Notes: generated by a model from the letters alone, not told the origin. DNA of 32,000 nt from Halorussus ruber (GCF_004765785.1 NZ_SBIT01000009.1:272179-304178), one strand, 5' to 3'. Positions 1 to 9,076 are shown, counted from the first letter of the stretch. Numbers and translations: made by a program.

Positions 1-27
1 TTCGGCGCGGCGGCCTCGGCTCGGGGC

Positions 28-1248
28 GTGGCCACCTCTCGGTCGGTCTCGAAGTGTCTGGGCCTCGTGACCAGAGTGGCCCTGCTCCCGACCAACTTCT
101 TCATCGCGCTGGCGGGGTACGGGCTGGTCACGAACCTCGAACTCGGTGCCGGGGGCGCGCTGGCGGAGTTCGTCTCGGCGGCGACCGACTGGCTGTTCGC
201 GCCGACCCCCGGCGAGGTTCACCTCCTCCAGTTCGGCGTGCTGGCCGGGGCCGCGACCTACGCCAGCTATCGGGCGCTGTTGGACCTGCCGACCGAAGCA
301 CTCGCTGGCGAGGCAACTGTCGGCGACGTGAAGGTCGCCGACGCGCTGGCCGCGCTCCGGCGGAGCCTCGCCGGACTGCTGGCGCTCGCGGCGTTCGGGA
401 TTCCGGTCGCGTTCGTCGTCGAGTTCCTGCTCCCGGCCGAGAAGGGACTGGCCCTCCTCCCGGAAGCGGGCCACGACCTGCTCGTGGTCGTCACGTCCTC
501 GGCGGGCCTGCGCGACCTGCTCTGGTGGGTCACGCTCGTCGCGGGGGCCGCGGCGGCAGTCGCCACGCTGGTCCGGCGCTCCTCGCGGGCCTCGACGCGC
601 GAGGTGCTGGTCGGCTACGCGCCCTTCGTCGCTGGCGGCGCGGTCGTCGCTGGCGTCCACGTCGCTCACGGGCCGATTCTCCGGGGACTAATCGGCTTCG
701 TGGAGAGTCGGCTCGAACCGCCGCTCGCGGGGCGATTCGCCGACCTCGCGGACGGCGTGGTGTCGTTCTACGGCTCCGAGACGGTCGTCCTCGGACTGAT
801 GGCGGGCGTCCTCACGCTGGCGGTCGGCGGCGTCTTCGCGCTCTGGCTTGCCTTCGCGGCCGGGTTCGTCTCGGACCGCGTGGCCGGACCCTCGCTGGCT
901 GGCGGCGGCCTCTTCCTCGCGGCGGCGTTCGCCGGGACGGTCGACGCGCCGTTTTGGCTGGTTCTCTCCGGATTGGTCGTCGCGCTGATGGTCTGGGACG
1001 CCGGGGAGTTCGCCGCGACGCTCGGCTCGGAGGTCGGGCGGCGCGCGGCGACCCGCCGGGTCGAACTGCTCCACGGCCTCGGCGCGCTCTCGGTCGGCGC
1101 GGTCGGGGTGCTGGCGGCAGGGGCGCTCTCGCAGGCCGTCTTCTCGGGGGGGAGTTCCGGCGTCTCTGGCGGGGAGTTGGGCAATCTGTCGGTCGCGCTG
1201 TTGGGCGCGGTCGCTGGCGTGGTGCTGCTGGTGATGGCCCTGCGATGA
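28..1248 (+). CDS. polytopic membrane protein of unknown function, possibly 5'-truncated by the window edge
   Basis: 406-codon ORF rich in A/L/G/V with many hydrophobic spans. The frame is open back to base 1, so the GTG at 28 may not be the true start. Stop TGA 1246-1248. Confidence 0.6.
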   Translation: MATSRSVSKCLGLVTRVALLPTNFFIALAGYGLVTNLELGAGGALAEFVSAATDWLFAPTPGEVHLLQFGVLAGAATYASYRALLDLPTEALAGEATVGDVKVADALAALRRSLAGLLALAAFGIPVAFVVEFLLPAEKGLALLPEAGHDLLVVVTSSAGLRDLLWWVTLVAGAAAAVATLVRRSSRASTREVLVGYAPFVAGGAVVAGVHVAHGPILRGLIGFVESRLEPPLAGRFADLADGVVSFYGSETVVLGLMAGVLTLAVGGVFALWLAFAAGFVSDRVAGPSLAGGGLFLAAAFAGTVDAPFWLVLSGLVVALMVWDAGEFAATLGSEVGRRAATRRVELLHGLGALSVGAVGVLAAGALSQAVFSGGSSGVSGGELGNLSVALLGAVAGVVLLVMALR

Positions 1249-1404
1249 GGAGTGTCGCGTGCTTTCGGTGAAATCCCTCCTCGGCGTCTCCCGCGGTCGT
1301 TTCCCGACGCGATTTAGATGTATATCCCCCGCCGAGCGCCGGGGGTTATACACGTACCTGCCAAGCCTATGCCCGCGTCTCCGCTACGGTAGGGTGAACG
1401 AATC

Positions 1405-1779
1405 ATGACCACGACCGTCCACATCTCAGCCGAGGAGTCCGCCGCCACGACCGTCGTCGAAGCAGTCGCCGACGAGACCGGACGCGACCCTATCGACCTC
1501 CCGACGCTCTACGACGTGGTAGACCCCGACGCTCTCAACCGACTGGTCGGCCCCACGCGACCTGACCGCGAACCGAACGTCACCGTGACGTTCGCCATGG
1601 CCGGATGCCGCGTCGAGGTCACGGACACGGGCGAAGTGGAAGTCGAGTGCGAGGAGCGCCGCGAGGCTCGCTCGGACGCCGCGCGAACCGAGGTCCCCGG
1701 ACGCGAGGCCGCCGCGGCCGAAACCTCCGGCGCGGTCGAGTCGTCTGCCAGCGGGTTGGCGTTCGAGGGGTCCCGATGA
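1405..1779 (+). CDS. HalOD1 (halobacterial output domain 1) family protein
   Basis: ATG start. TTVVEAVADETGRDPIDLPTLYDVVDPDALNRLV matches the HalOD1 signature (LPxLYDxVDPDAL). Acidic C-terminal tail. Confidence 0.75.
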   Translation: MTTTVHISAEESAATTVVEAVADETGRDPIDLPTLYDVVDPDALNRLVGPTRPDREPNVTVTFAMAGCRVEVTDTGEVEVECEERREARSDAARTEVPGREAAAAETSGAVESSASGLAFEGSR

Positions 1780-1931
1780 CCTCGGACGCAGACCAGCGCC
1801 GCGAGTCCTCCTCGCGCTACCGCACCATCGAGTTCGAGGACGACGACGCCGACACCATCACCATCGTCCAAGACACCGAGAACGACCGGGCGTGGATTCA
1901 GTCCACGCTCGCGGTGCCGGTCGAGCGGTAG
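1776..1931 (+). CDS. small acidic protein (51 aa), translationally coupled to the HalOD1 gene
   Basis: ATG 1776-1778 overlaps the upstream stop TGA 1777-1779 (ATGA junction). Sequence MTSDADQRRESSSRYRTIEFEDDDADTITIVQDTENDRAWIQSTLAVPVER has haloarchaeal acidic composition. Confidence 0.5.
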   Translation: MTSDADQRRESSSRYRTIEFEDDDADTITIVQDTENDRAWIQSTLAVPVER

Positions 1932-1951
1932 TCGGAGTTCTCGCCCGAATG

Positions 1952-1987
1952 GGGACGGGCCGCGACGGTTCCGCCGCGGCCCGTCCC
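1952..1987. other. long GC hairpin between convergent gene ends
   Basis: GGGACGGGCCGCG (1952-1964) is the exact reverse complement of CGCGGCCCGTCCC (1975-1987). Inner CGG/CCG pairs extend the stem. Confidence 0.6.
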
Positions 1988-2084
1988 GCCTCTCCCATCG
2001 CGGGGCTTCCGACGCTTCTCCCACGATTCTCCCGTCGTGGGGGCTTTCCCATCGTAGACTTTCCCCGCGACTCTCCCGTCGCGG
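1985..2084. repeat. three spaced stem-loops that all present a TCTCCC loop
   Basis: 1985-2004: CCCGC/GCGGG stem. 2020-2041: CCCACGA/TCGTGGG stem. 2065-2084: CCGCGAC/GTCGCGG stem. Each loop contains TCTCCC. Confidence 0.6.
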
Positions 2085-2184
2085 CCCTTCCTCAGTTCTC
2101 CTCCAGAACCCTCGCAGAGACAACTAATCATTTCTTAAGCAACTGAGAACACTCCCGAAACAGTCTTCTACGTTTCTCTCGGCG

Positions 2185-3147
2185 CTACGCGGACGACGAT
2201 TTCACCGCCGGAACATCGACCCGCTCCAGCACGTCCGCGACCACCTCGCTCCGGTCGGCCCCGCGGACGCTGGCCTCGTCGGTCAGCACGAGGCGGTGGG
2301 CGAAGGTGGGTTCGGCCACGCGCTTCACGTCGTCGGGGACGACGTATTCCCGCCCGGAGATGATGGCGTTGGCGCGGGCGGCCTCGAAGAGGCGCTGGAT
2401 GCCCCGCGGGGAGACGCCGACCTCGACGCGGTCGTCCTGCCGGGTCGCCCGACCGAGCGCGACGACGTAGTCCCGTATCTTGGAGTCCACGCGGACCGAT
2501 TCGAGGACGCGCTGGATTTCGGCCACGTCGTCGCCCTGCAGGACCGACCCGACGCTGGGCGACTTGGCGGTCCGGTCGGCCCGGCGGTCCACCAGTTCGC
2601 GCTCGCCCTCGAAGTCGGGGTAGCCCATCGTCGTCTTGACGATGAAGCGGTCGCGCTGGGCCTCCGGCAGGCCGAAAGTCCCCTCCTGCTCGACGGGGTT
2701 CTGGGTAGCGAGGACGAAAAAGGGCGTCGGGAGTTCGTGTGTCGTCCCGTCCACCGTGACCTGCCCCTCGCCCATCGCCTCCAGCAGGGCGGCTTGGGTC
2801 TTCGGCGGCGCGCGGTTGATTTCGTCCGCCAGCACGACGTTGGCGAAGATGGGACCGGGCGAGAACTCGAAGTTGCCGGTGCCCTCGTCGTAGACGTTCG
2901 ACCCGGTGATGTCCGCGGGAAGCAGGTCGGGCGTGAACTGGATGCGCGAGAAGGTGAGGCCGAGCGCCGACGCGAAACTCCGGGCGGTCAGGGTCTTGCC
3001 CGTCCCCGGCACGTCTTCGAGCAGGACGTGCCCGCGGGCCAGAACGCCGGTCAGAACGGTTTCGAGAAACTCCTCGTCGGCGATGACCGCGGAGCTAACG
3101 GCGTCGAGGACGCGCTCGCACCGCTTGGTCGCCGTGGACTGGTTCAT
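2185..3147 (-). CDS. moxR: MoxR-family AAA+ ATPase
   Basis: 320 aa. Walker A in LLEDVPGTGKT, then FSRIQFTPDLLPADITG and Walker B VVLADEINRAPPKTQAALLEAM, typical of MoxR/AAA_3. Confidence 0.93.
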   Translation of the reverse strand: MNQSTATKRCERVLDAVSSAVIADEEFLETVLTGVLARGHVLLEDVPGTGKTLTARSFASALGLTFSRIQFTPDLLPADITGSNVYDEGTGNFEFSPGPIFANVVLADEINRAPPKTQAALLEAMGEGQVTVDGTTHELPTPFFVLATQNPVEQEGTFGLPEAQRDRFIVKTTMGYPDFEGERELVDRRADRTAKSPSVGSVLQGDDVAEIQRVLESVRVDSKIRDYVVALGRATRQDDRVEVGVSPRGIQRLFEAARANAIISGREYVVPDDVKRVAEPTFAHRLVLTDEASVRGADRSEVVADVLERVDVPAVKSSSA

Positions 3148-3205
3148 GCGTGGAAGTATTAGCGAGCGATAAAGAAGGTTCGGCCTCGCGTTCGCCCTCG
3201 GCGAA

Positions 3206-3781
3206 CTATAGCCAATCGGGTTCGGGCCGATGGTCGAACTCCTCGACCCTCCGAACGTCGTCCGGTCGGTCCATATTCTCGTACAGTTGATACAGAAGCG
3301 AGATGCCGTCGTAGGCCCCGACCGACTGGAGGAGTTCGATTCCGTACTCGGTCACGGCGTAGAACGTCCGAGGAATTCCCTGCCTACGCTGTTCCTCGGC
3401 GACGGTGAGCTTCGCGGTTATGGGTCGCTCGCGCTCGGTCATCTCTCGGAGGTGGTCACGAATCGTGCTTTCGGACGTGTCGGGATTCCTGAAACTGAGT
3501 TCCTTCGGACTCAGCGACCCCCAATCGGTAGCGAGAATCTGCTGAAGGAGTCGGAGTCGAGTCGGTTGGAGGACGTACCTGAAGTCGGCGAGTCTCTCTT
3601 CGTCGTAACTGGGTGTCGGCACGCCTTCGCTGTCGGAGTCGTCAATATCTACAACCGCTCGGACGGCCGAATCGCTCCCGAAGTCGAGTTCACGTTCGTC
3701 TTCCGGTCGGAGACTCCTCGGCTCATATCGGCATTTACGACTACGCACGTTATAGGTATTTCGACACCCGTCGCAAGACAC
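3206..3781 (-). CDS. winged helix-turn-helix transcriptional regulator (ArsR/PadR-like haloarchaeal type)
   Basis: 191 codons. RLRLLQQILATDWGSLSPKELSFRNPDTSESTIRDHLREMTERE...GIPRTFYAVTEYGIELL fits a wHTH recognition helix plus wing. The start is GTG and uncertain. AT-richer than flanking genes. Confidence 0.7.
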   Translation of the reverse strand: MSCDGCRNTYNVRSRKCRYEPRSLRPEDERELDFGSDSAVRAVVDIDDSDSEGVPTPSYDEERLADFRYVLQPTRLRLLQQILATDWGSLSPKELSFRNPDTSESTIRDHLREMTERERPITAKLTVAEEQRRQGIPRTFYAVTEYGIELLQSVGAYDGISLLYQLYENMDRPDDVRRVEEFDHRPEPDWL

Positions 3782-3850
3782 TATAGTCTATTTCGGTTAG
3801 TTTACTACGGCGGAATCGAGCGTGTCGATACGGGAAAACAATCGACGTCG

Positions 3851-4809
3851 TTGCCAGACCATTTGGCGGACGGACCGACGCTCGAAGAAGCAGCGTTCCT
3901 GTTTGGGGACTTCGCGGTGAACGAAATAGCCGCGGTACACGATGCAGTTACACGACTCAGTTCCGAACTCGACTACCACGTCCGTCCGGACGCGACTCGG
4001 TACTTCGTTCTAGGGAACTACGACGAACCGCAGAAACGGCGTGTCCGTAGCGCGGCGGGGATGCTCGAACAGTACAATCCGGAGAGCATCGCTTTTCTAC
4101 TCGAAGACCTCGACCCGACCGAAGACGACTGGGAAAACTTCTATCTGCAATTCCGGTACGCACTCACTGTAACGGACTTCGTGGTTTTGGTCGCCGAGGA
4201 CAACGACGGCGGACACGAACTCGAACTCGGCGAAGTTCCGCTCGAAGATACGTACGTCATCAAACGGGATTACGGAAGTGCAAGGAGAAAGCCCGGTCGT
4301 TCAGGACGGGGATGAAGCCGACAAGTCATCTACAAACCACACTCGACGTGCCGAACGGATGTTTTAAGTGATCAGTCACCGTAATACTATTCAACCGAGG
4401 CGGCCTGCCCGCCTCTCCTAATCGGACAATATCGGGAATTCCCCGATTCCACGCAGAAGACACCCTCTTCTGTCTCAGGAATCAGGGTGTGGTAAGCGAA
4501 AGTATCTCTGAATCCCATGCCGGGATAGGAGTAACGGCTGATTGGCACAGCCAGTAGCTGTCCAACGTGGCGGCTACAAACCGTAACCATCCCAATCCAG
4601 CGGTGCGGTGCCGTGGGAATCCTCGCCCTTCAGGGCGGGGAGGATGTCAAACCTCGGCCTCCATCGGTGACGACCTCGAACGGGAGAAGTACGACGCGAT
4701 GATGGCGAAGCTCTGTAATCTCATGGCGCGCAACAACCGTCTGTTCGAGTGGACTACTGTCGAATCGCTCGTCGAGGCGGTGAAATCTGTCGCATCGAAA
4801 ACGCGGTAG
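3851..4809 (+). pseudogene. nucleoside 2-deoxyribosyltransferase-like (Rossmann/TIR-related fold) gene, apparently split by a 392-bp insertion
   Basis: 5' part (frame of the 3230..4315 ORF) has YFVLGNYDEP and DFVVLVAEDNDGGHELELGEV, matching the D-x-VV...D-x-G-x-x-E-x-G pattern of this family. 3' part (4668-4809) has CNLMARN plus a C-terminal helix. No ATG is available; candidate starts are TTG 3851, TTG 3863 and GTG 3917. Confidence 0.45.
4276..4667 (+). mobile_element. putative non-autonomous IS200/IS605-like element (MITE/PATE or orphan omega-RNA-like module)
   Basis: Related subterminal hairpin motifs lie in direct orientation at 4287-4319 (GAAAGCCCGGTCGTTCAGGACGGGGATGAAGCC) and 4617-4648 (GAATCCTCGCCCTTCAGGGCGGGGAGGATGTC). 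The interior is packed with short perfect stems, for example GAGGCGG/CCGCCTC and CAGAAGA/TCTTCTG. Boundaries are ambiguous by the CGG present at both junctions. The left flank ends in TTAC. Confidence 0.4.
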
Positions 4810-4878
4810 TCGGCTACGTCTCGACTTGCAACTCCTTCGACCGACACCCCCTTGCCCCTACCACCCGAAGCCCCGGCC

Positions 4879-5829
4879 ATGCGTCGAGTCGGTCTCCGCG
4901 CGCTGATGGTCCTCGTCGGGTTCGGCCTGCTGGTGGTCTACGCCGGAGTCGCCTATCTCGGCTACCGACTGCTGGCGGCGGTCTGGCTCGCCCGAGGAGA
5001 CCTGCTGACGGTCGTCGTCTGGACCACCGCGCTCACCGCCCTGCTGGGCTACCTGAGCTACCGGTTCGGCACGGTGCAACTCCTCGCGCAGGTGGAGGCC
5101 GCCGACTTGCCCCGGAGCCGAGCGCCCGGCGTCCACGCCCGACTCGACCGACTCGCCGAGGAGATGGACGCCGGGCGGCCCCGACTGCTGGTGGGTCGCC
5201 TCGGGTCGCCCAACGCGATGGCGCTCGGCGGGGTCCGGGGCGGGGTCGTCGTCCTCGACCGGTCGCTGTTCTACCTGCTGTCGGCCGACGAGTTGGAGGC
5301 CCTGCTGGCTCACGAACTCGCCCACCTCGAAAGCCACGACAGCCTCGTCCAGACGGTGGCCTACAGCGCCGGGCAGTCGCTGGTCTGGCTCCTCGTCACG
5401 CTGGCGCTCCCCTTCGTCGTGGTCGGGGCGGGCCTGCGCCGCGCCTTCGACTGGATTTCGGGCCGACCGCCAGCAGACGCGCTCGCGCCGGTCTCGGCGC
5501 TCCGCAGGCGCATCGGACAGGTCGTGATGTTCGGGTTCGTCGCGCTCACGCTGGTCCTGCTGGCGCACTCCCGGCGACGGGAGTTCGCCGCCGACGAGCG
5601 CGCCGCGTCGATTACGGGCAAACCCGTCGAGTTGGCCCGCGCCCTCCGGAAAATCCAGCGCGCGACGGAGCCTCGCTGGACGATGGTCTCGCCCCTGCAG
5701 GTCAGCGGCGACGAGGAGGGCGCGCTGACGCGGCTCCTCTCTACCCACCCCGCGATGGACGACCGAATCGACCGCCTGATAGAGCGCGCCGACAGCGAGC
5801 GCGGCGCGATTTCCATCGAGATTCGGTAG
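4879..5829 (+). CDS. htpX: M48-family zinc metalloprotease, HtpX-like
   Basis: N-terminal TM helices, HEXXH as HELAHLESHD, and C-terminal STHPAMDDRIDRL. ATG 4879 is preferred over the TTG at 4852 used by the ORF track. Confidence 0.85.
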   Translation: MRRVGLRALMVLVGFGLLVVYAGVAYLGYRLLAAVWLARGDLLTVVVWTTALTALLGYLSYRFGTVQLLAQVEAADLPRSRAPGVHARLDRLAEEMDAGRPRLLVGRLGSPNAMALGGVRGGVVVLDRSLFYLLSADELEALLAHELAHLESHDSLVQTVAYSAGQSLVWLLVTLALPFVVVGAGLRRAFDWISGRPPADALAPVSALRRRIGQVVMFGFVALTLVLLAHSRRREFAADERAASITGKPVELARALRKIQRATEPRWTMVSPLQVSGDEEGALTRLLSTHPAMDDRIDRLIERADSERGAISIEIR

Positions 5830-5983
5830 TTCGGCCCTCGCGGCGAAGTCCGGACAGCGCATCCGCCACATCTGTTTAGAGATTATCCTCCTGTCTTTCG
5901 AAGCGAAATGCGATCTTCTGTAGGGTAAAGCGTCCGTTTCAGCCTCCACAAGGCGTTTAGCCTCACTCGTCGGCAGTCTCTGC

Positions 5984-7414
5984 ATGGCCCCGAATCGCAG
6001 GCAGATGCTGGCCCTCTCGAACGCTCTCGCTGGCAGTCTGCTGGCCGGATGCACCGGTACCTCGCCCGCACCCCAGACACAGCGCGAGACCACCGAGACG
6101 ACGACTGACGTTCGGTCCGACGACGCGACCGCGGAGGACGCGCCCGATTCGCCCGACTCTCCGGCCGAGCGCGTCGCGGCCGGAAACACGGCGTTCGCGT
6201 TCGACCTGTTGAATCGGCTTTCCGAAGCGTCGCCGAACGAGAACCTCTTTTACTCGCCCTACAGCGTCTCGGTGGCGCTGGCGATGACCTACGCCGGGGC
6301 GGGCGGCGAGACGCGCCGCGAGATGCGCGAGACGCTCCACTTTCCCCAGGAGGGCGTCCATCAGGGGTTCCGACGATTGCGGGACCACTTCGCGCAGTAC
6401 GAGGCGTCCGAGACGACAGGCGCACCCGAGGTCTCGGAGACGCCGGAGACCACCGACCGGAACGAATCGGGTGGCGCGGAAGAAACGACCGCGGAGTACC
6501 GCGAACCCCAGCCCTTCCGACTGGCGGGCGCGAACGCCCTCTGGGGGCAGGAGGGGTTCCCGTTCGCCGAGGCCCTCCTCGGGACGCTCGAACGAAACTA
6601 CGGGGCCGGGCTTCGGGAACTCGACTTCGAGTCGAACCCCGAGCGGGCGCGCCGGGCCATCAACGAGTGGGTCGCCGACCGGACGCGCGGGAAGATTACC
6701 GACCTGCTGTCGCCCTCGGCGATAACCGCGATGACGCGCCTCGTGCTGACCAACGCGGTCTACTTCCGGGCGAACTGGGAGACCGAGTTCCTCGAGGAGA
6801 ATACCGAGGAGGCGACGTTCACCGCGCTCTCGGGCACCCAGCGGACCGTGCCGATGATGTCCCAGTCCGAGACGTTCCGGTACGCCGCGGTTTCGGGCCA
6901 CCAGCTCGTCGCGCTCCCCTACGCCGGGGCCGACGTGAGCATGGTCGTGTTGCTCCCCGAGGCGGGCGCGTTCGAGGAGTTCCAGCGGTCGCTGTCGGCC
7001 GAGCGACTCCGGGAGTTGCTGGGGGCGATGGAGTCCCGGCAGGGGACGGTGCGACTCCCGCGATTCGAGTACCGGTCGAAGTTCGACCTGTCGAAGGCGC
7101 TCGCGGCGATGGGGATGCCGTCGGCGTTCGGCCCGGAGGCGGACCTCTCGGGGATGGCGAAGGGCGACGCGGGCGAATCGCTGTCGATAGACGAGGCGGT
7201 CCACCAGAGCTACGTCGGCGTGGACGAGCAGGGGACCGAGGCCGCCGCCGCGACCGCCGTGGTGGTCGCCGAGGCGGCGACGACCGTCGAGTCGGAACCG
7301 TTCGAGATGACCGTGGACCGACCCTTCCTGTTCCTGATTCGGGACGAAGAGACCGGGAGCGTGCTGTTCGTCGGTCGAGTGACCGACGCCGGGGCGGCCC
7401 AGAGCGAGTCGTAG
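5984..7414 (+). CDS. serpin-family protease inhibitor, predicted Tat-exported lipoprotein
   Basis: NRRQMLAL twin-arginine motif and LLAGC lipobox. Serpin core motifs NTAFAFDLL, NLFYSPYSVSVALAMTYAGA and VLTNAVYFRANW. Hinge/RCL is GTEAAAATAVVVAEAA followed by DRPFLFLIRD. Confidence 0.9.
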   Translation: MAPNRRQMLALSNALAGSLLAGCTGTSPAPQTQRETTETTTDVRSDDATAEDAPDSPDSPAERVAAGNTAFAFDLLNRLSEASPNENLFYSPYSVSVALAMTYAGAGGETRREMRETLHFPQEGVHQGFRRLRDHFAQYEASETTGAPEVSETPETTDRNESGGAEETTAEYREPQPFRLAGANALWGQEGFPFAEALLGTLERNYGAGLRELDFESNPERARRAINEWVADRTRGKITDLLSPSAITAMTRLVLTNAVYFRANWETEFLEENTEEATFTALSGTQRTVPMMSQSETFRYAAVSGHQLVALPYAGADVSMVVLLPEAGAFEEFQRSLSAERLRELLGAMESRQGTVRLPRFEYRSKFDLSKALAAMGMPSAFGPEADLSGMAKGDAGESLSIDEAVHQSYVGVDEQGTEAAAATAVVVAEAATTVESEPFEMTVDRPFLFLIRDEETGSVLFVGRVTDAGAAQSES

Positions 7415-7564
7415 CGCCGCAAAGCGAATCGTAGCGCGGCCCAGCGGGACCGCAACGACGCGCCCAGAACGAGCCTAGCGGCACGGCGCAGACTTTGTTA
7501 AGTGCGCACAAGTGCCACATCTGGCCGCATCGGTTATTCGGCTCGAAGAAGTAGTTGGGATGGA

Positions 7565-8164
7565 ATGAAACGTCGTACCTTCATCAGAGCGACGAGTGCC
7601 GGCGGACTGGTCGGCCTCGCAGGGTGTAACGCGCCGAGTGGAAACGGCGGCGGGGAGACGACGACGGCCGAAACCGAAACGACCACGACCGAAGGCGGCG
7701 AGGACGGAACGACCACCGAAGGCGGTGACGGCGGAGACGGCGGCACCCAGCAGGTCCAGATGATTACGGAGGGGAGCGAGTACATCTTCGACCCCATCGG
7801 CCTGTTCGTCGAGAACGGAACCACCGTCGAGTGGGTCATCGAGTCCGGTTCCCACTCCTCGACGGCCTACGTCGAGGGCAATAGCTCGGCCAGCGTGACT
7901 CGGATTCCCGACGAGGCAGAGTCGTGGGACAGCGGCATCCTCTCCGAGGAGGGCGCGTCGTTCAGCTACACGTTCGACGTGAACGGGACCTACGACTACT
8001 TCTGCACCCCGCACAAGGCGCTCGGGATGATAGGCCGCGTCGTCTGCGGCGAACCCGGCGGCGTCGAGGGCGACCCGCCGGACGGCGAACTGCCCGCCCC
8101 GCAGGAAATCGTCGACCAAGGGTCGATTCCCTACGACGACTTCGCTGGCGGCGGCAACGGCTAA
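7565..8164 (+). CDS. halocyanin-type blue copper protein (cupredoxin), Tat lipoprotein
   Basis: MKRRTFIRATSAGGLVGLAGC (Tat motif plus lipobox), a Thr/Glu/Gly linker, and type-1 copper ligands GSHS ... CTPHKALGM (C-x2-H-x4-M). Confidence 0.88.
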   Translation: MKRRTFIRATSAGGLVGLAGCNAPSGNGGGETTTAETETTTTEGGEDGTTTEGGDGGDGGTQQVQMITEGSEYIFDPIGLFVENGTTVEWVIESGSHSSTAYVEGNSSASVTRIPDEAESWDSGILSEEGASFSYTFDVNGTYDYFCTPHKALGMIGRVVCGEPGGVEGDPPDGELPAPQEIVDQGSIPYDDFAGGGNG

Positions 8165-8221
8165 TCGTCGGGAAAACGAGGCGCGGGGCCTCCGGAGAAG
8201 CGTCGGTGTTCGGGCGCTCGG

Positions 8222-8770
8222 TTACGAGTCGTCGCGGTCGAGGTCGGCCTCGGTGAGCGCCTCGCGCCACGACCCGAATCGGCGGTGGTAGGTCACGGGG
8301 GCGTACTCGCCTTGGTCGTCCATCTCGGCGGCCTTGGGCGCTCGCCCGAGTTCCTCGGCGAGGCGCTCGATTTCTCGCAGGAGTTCCTCCTCGGAGATGC
8401 CGTCGTTGGTCTCCAACATCGCCTCCTGTAGCGCCGCCGACCAACTGCCGAATCGGAGCTGGTAGGTTCTGTTCGAGTACTCGCCGTGTTCGGTCATGTC
8501 GCGCTGGGTCGGAGGCTTGCCCAGTTCGGTGTAGAGTCGCTGGAGTTCGGCCAGCAGTTCCCTGTCGGGAATGCGCTTGGACCCGATTTCGTCGGGGTCG
8601 AGTCCGGCGGCCTCCAGCGCCTCGTTCCAACTTCCGAAGACCTCTTGGTAGACCTTCGGCGCGTACTGGCCCTTCTCGTGCATGTCCACCACGGTCGGCG
8701 TCTTGCCGAGCCGGGCGGCCAGCGACTGCAACGCGGACCGAAGCGTCTCCGGAGACACTTGCTGGCTCAT
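8222..8770 (-). CDS. protein with three homing-endonuclease-associated repeats (HEAR)
   Basis: Three repeats of G(K/R)xPTxxDMxxxGxYxxxxYxxxFGSWxxAL. ATG 8770 (MSQQVSPETL) is preferred; a GTG alternative lies at 8818. Confidence 0.8.
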   Translation of the reverse strand: MSQQVSPETLRSALQSLAARLGKTPTVVDMHEKGQYAPKVYQEVFGSWNEALEAAGLDPDEIGSKRIPDRELLAELQRLYTELGKPPTQRDMTEHGEYSNRTYQLRFGSWSAALQEAMLETNDGISEEELLREIERLAEELGRAPKAAEMDDQGEYAPVTYHRRFGSWREALTEADLDRDDS

Positions 8771-9076
8771 CAGTTTCCAGATAGGAGCCAATAGTCTTAA
8801 AACTGAGCGTTCTGCCACCTGTTAACTTTATAATGCATGCGCGTTCGACTATCCTCAATCTCTCAAATGATATAATTGCATTTTCAGGTAAGCAAGTATT
8901 TATATAGTGGGGCTACGAACGAGCCAATTAAGCACGTGTCATCGCCAGAGAAGTGCCGGTCCGGGGCGGCTTTGGCGGTCCCCCGCCGACGAGTGTGCGT
9001 TGCTCGTCGGCCATCATAAAGTGTATGGCCACTTCTCAGGGATGATAACGTGCCGGAAAACGGAGAAATACGAAAC

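Noticed and set aside
54-1271. Alternative-frame 405-aa ORF overlapping the first membrane-protein gene
   Set aside because: The translation is extremely Arg/Gly/Pro-rich, an off-frame artefact of GC-rich coding sequence. The 28..1248 frame gives coherent hydrophobic helices.
3230-4315. Single 361-aa plus-strand CDS as listed in the ORF track
   Set aside because: Its first 180 codons are the antisense shadow of the wHTH gene (3206..3781). Only the part after about 3851 has a protein-like sequence, and that part has no ATG and needs a TTG or GTG start.
4858-7204. Long minus-strand ORFs 4858..6189 (443 aa) and 5963..7204 (413 aa)
   Set aside because: Their translations are Arg/Gly/Pro/Glu-rich with low complexity. 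They lie antisense to the well-supported htpX-like and serpin genes. These are typical shadow ORFs of GC-rich DNA.
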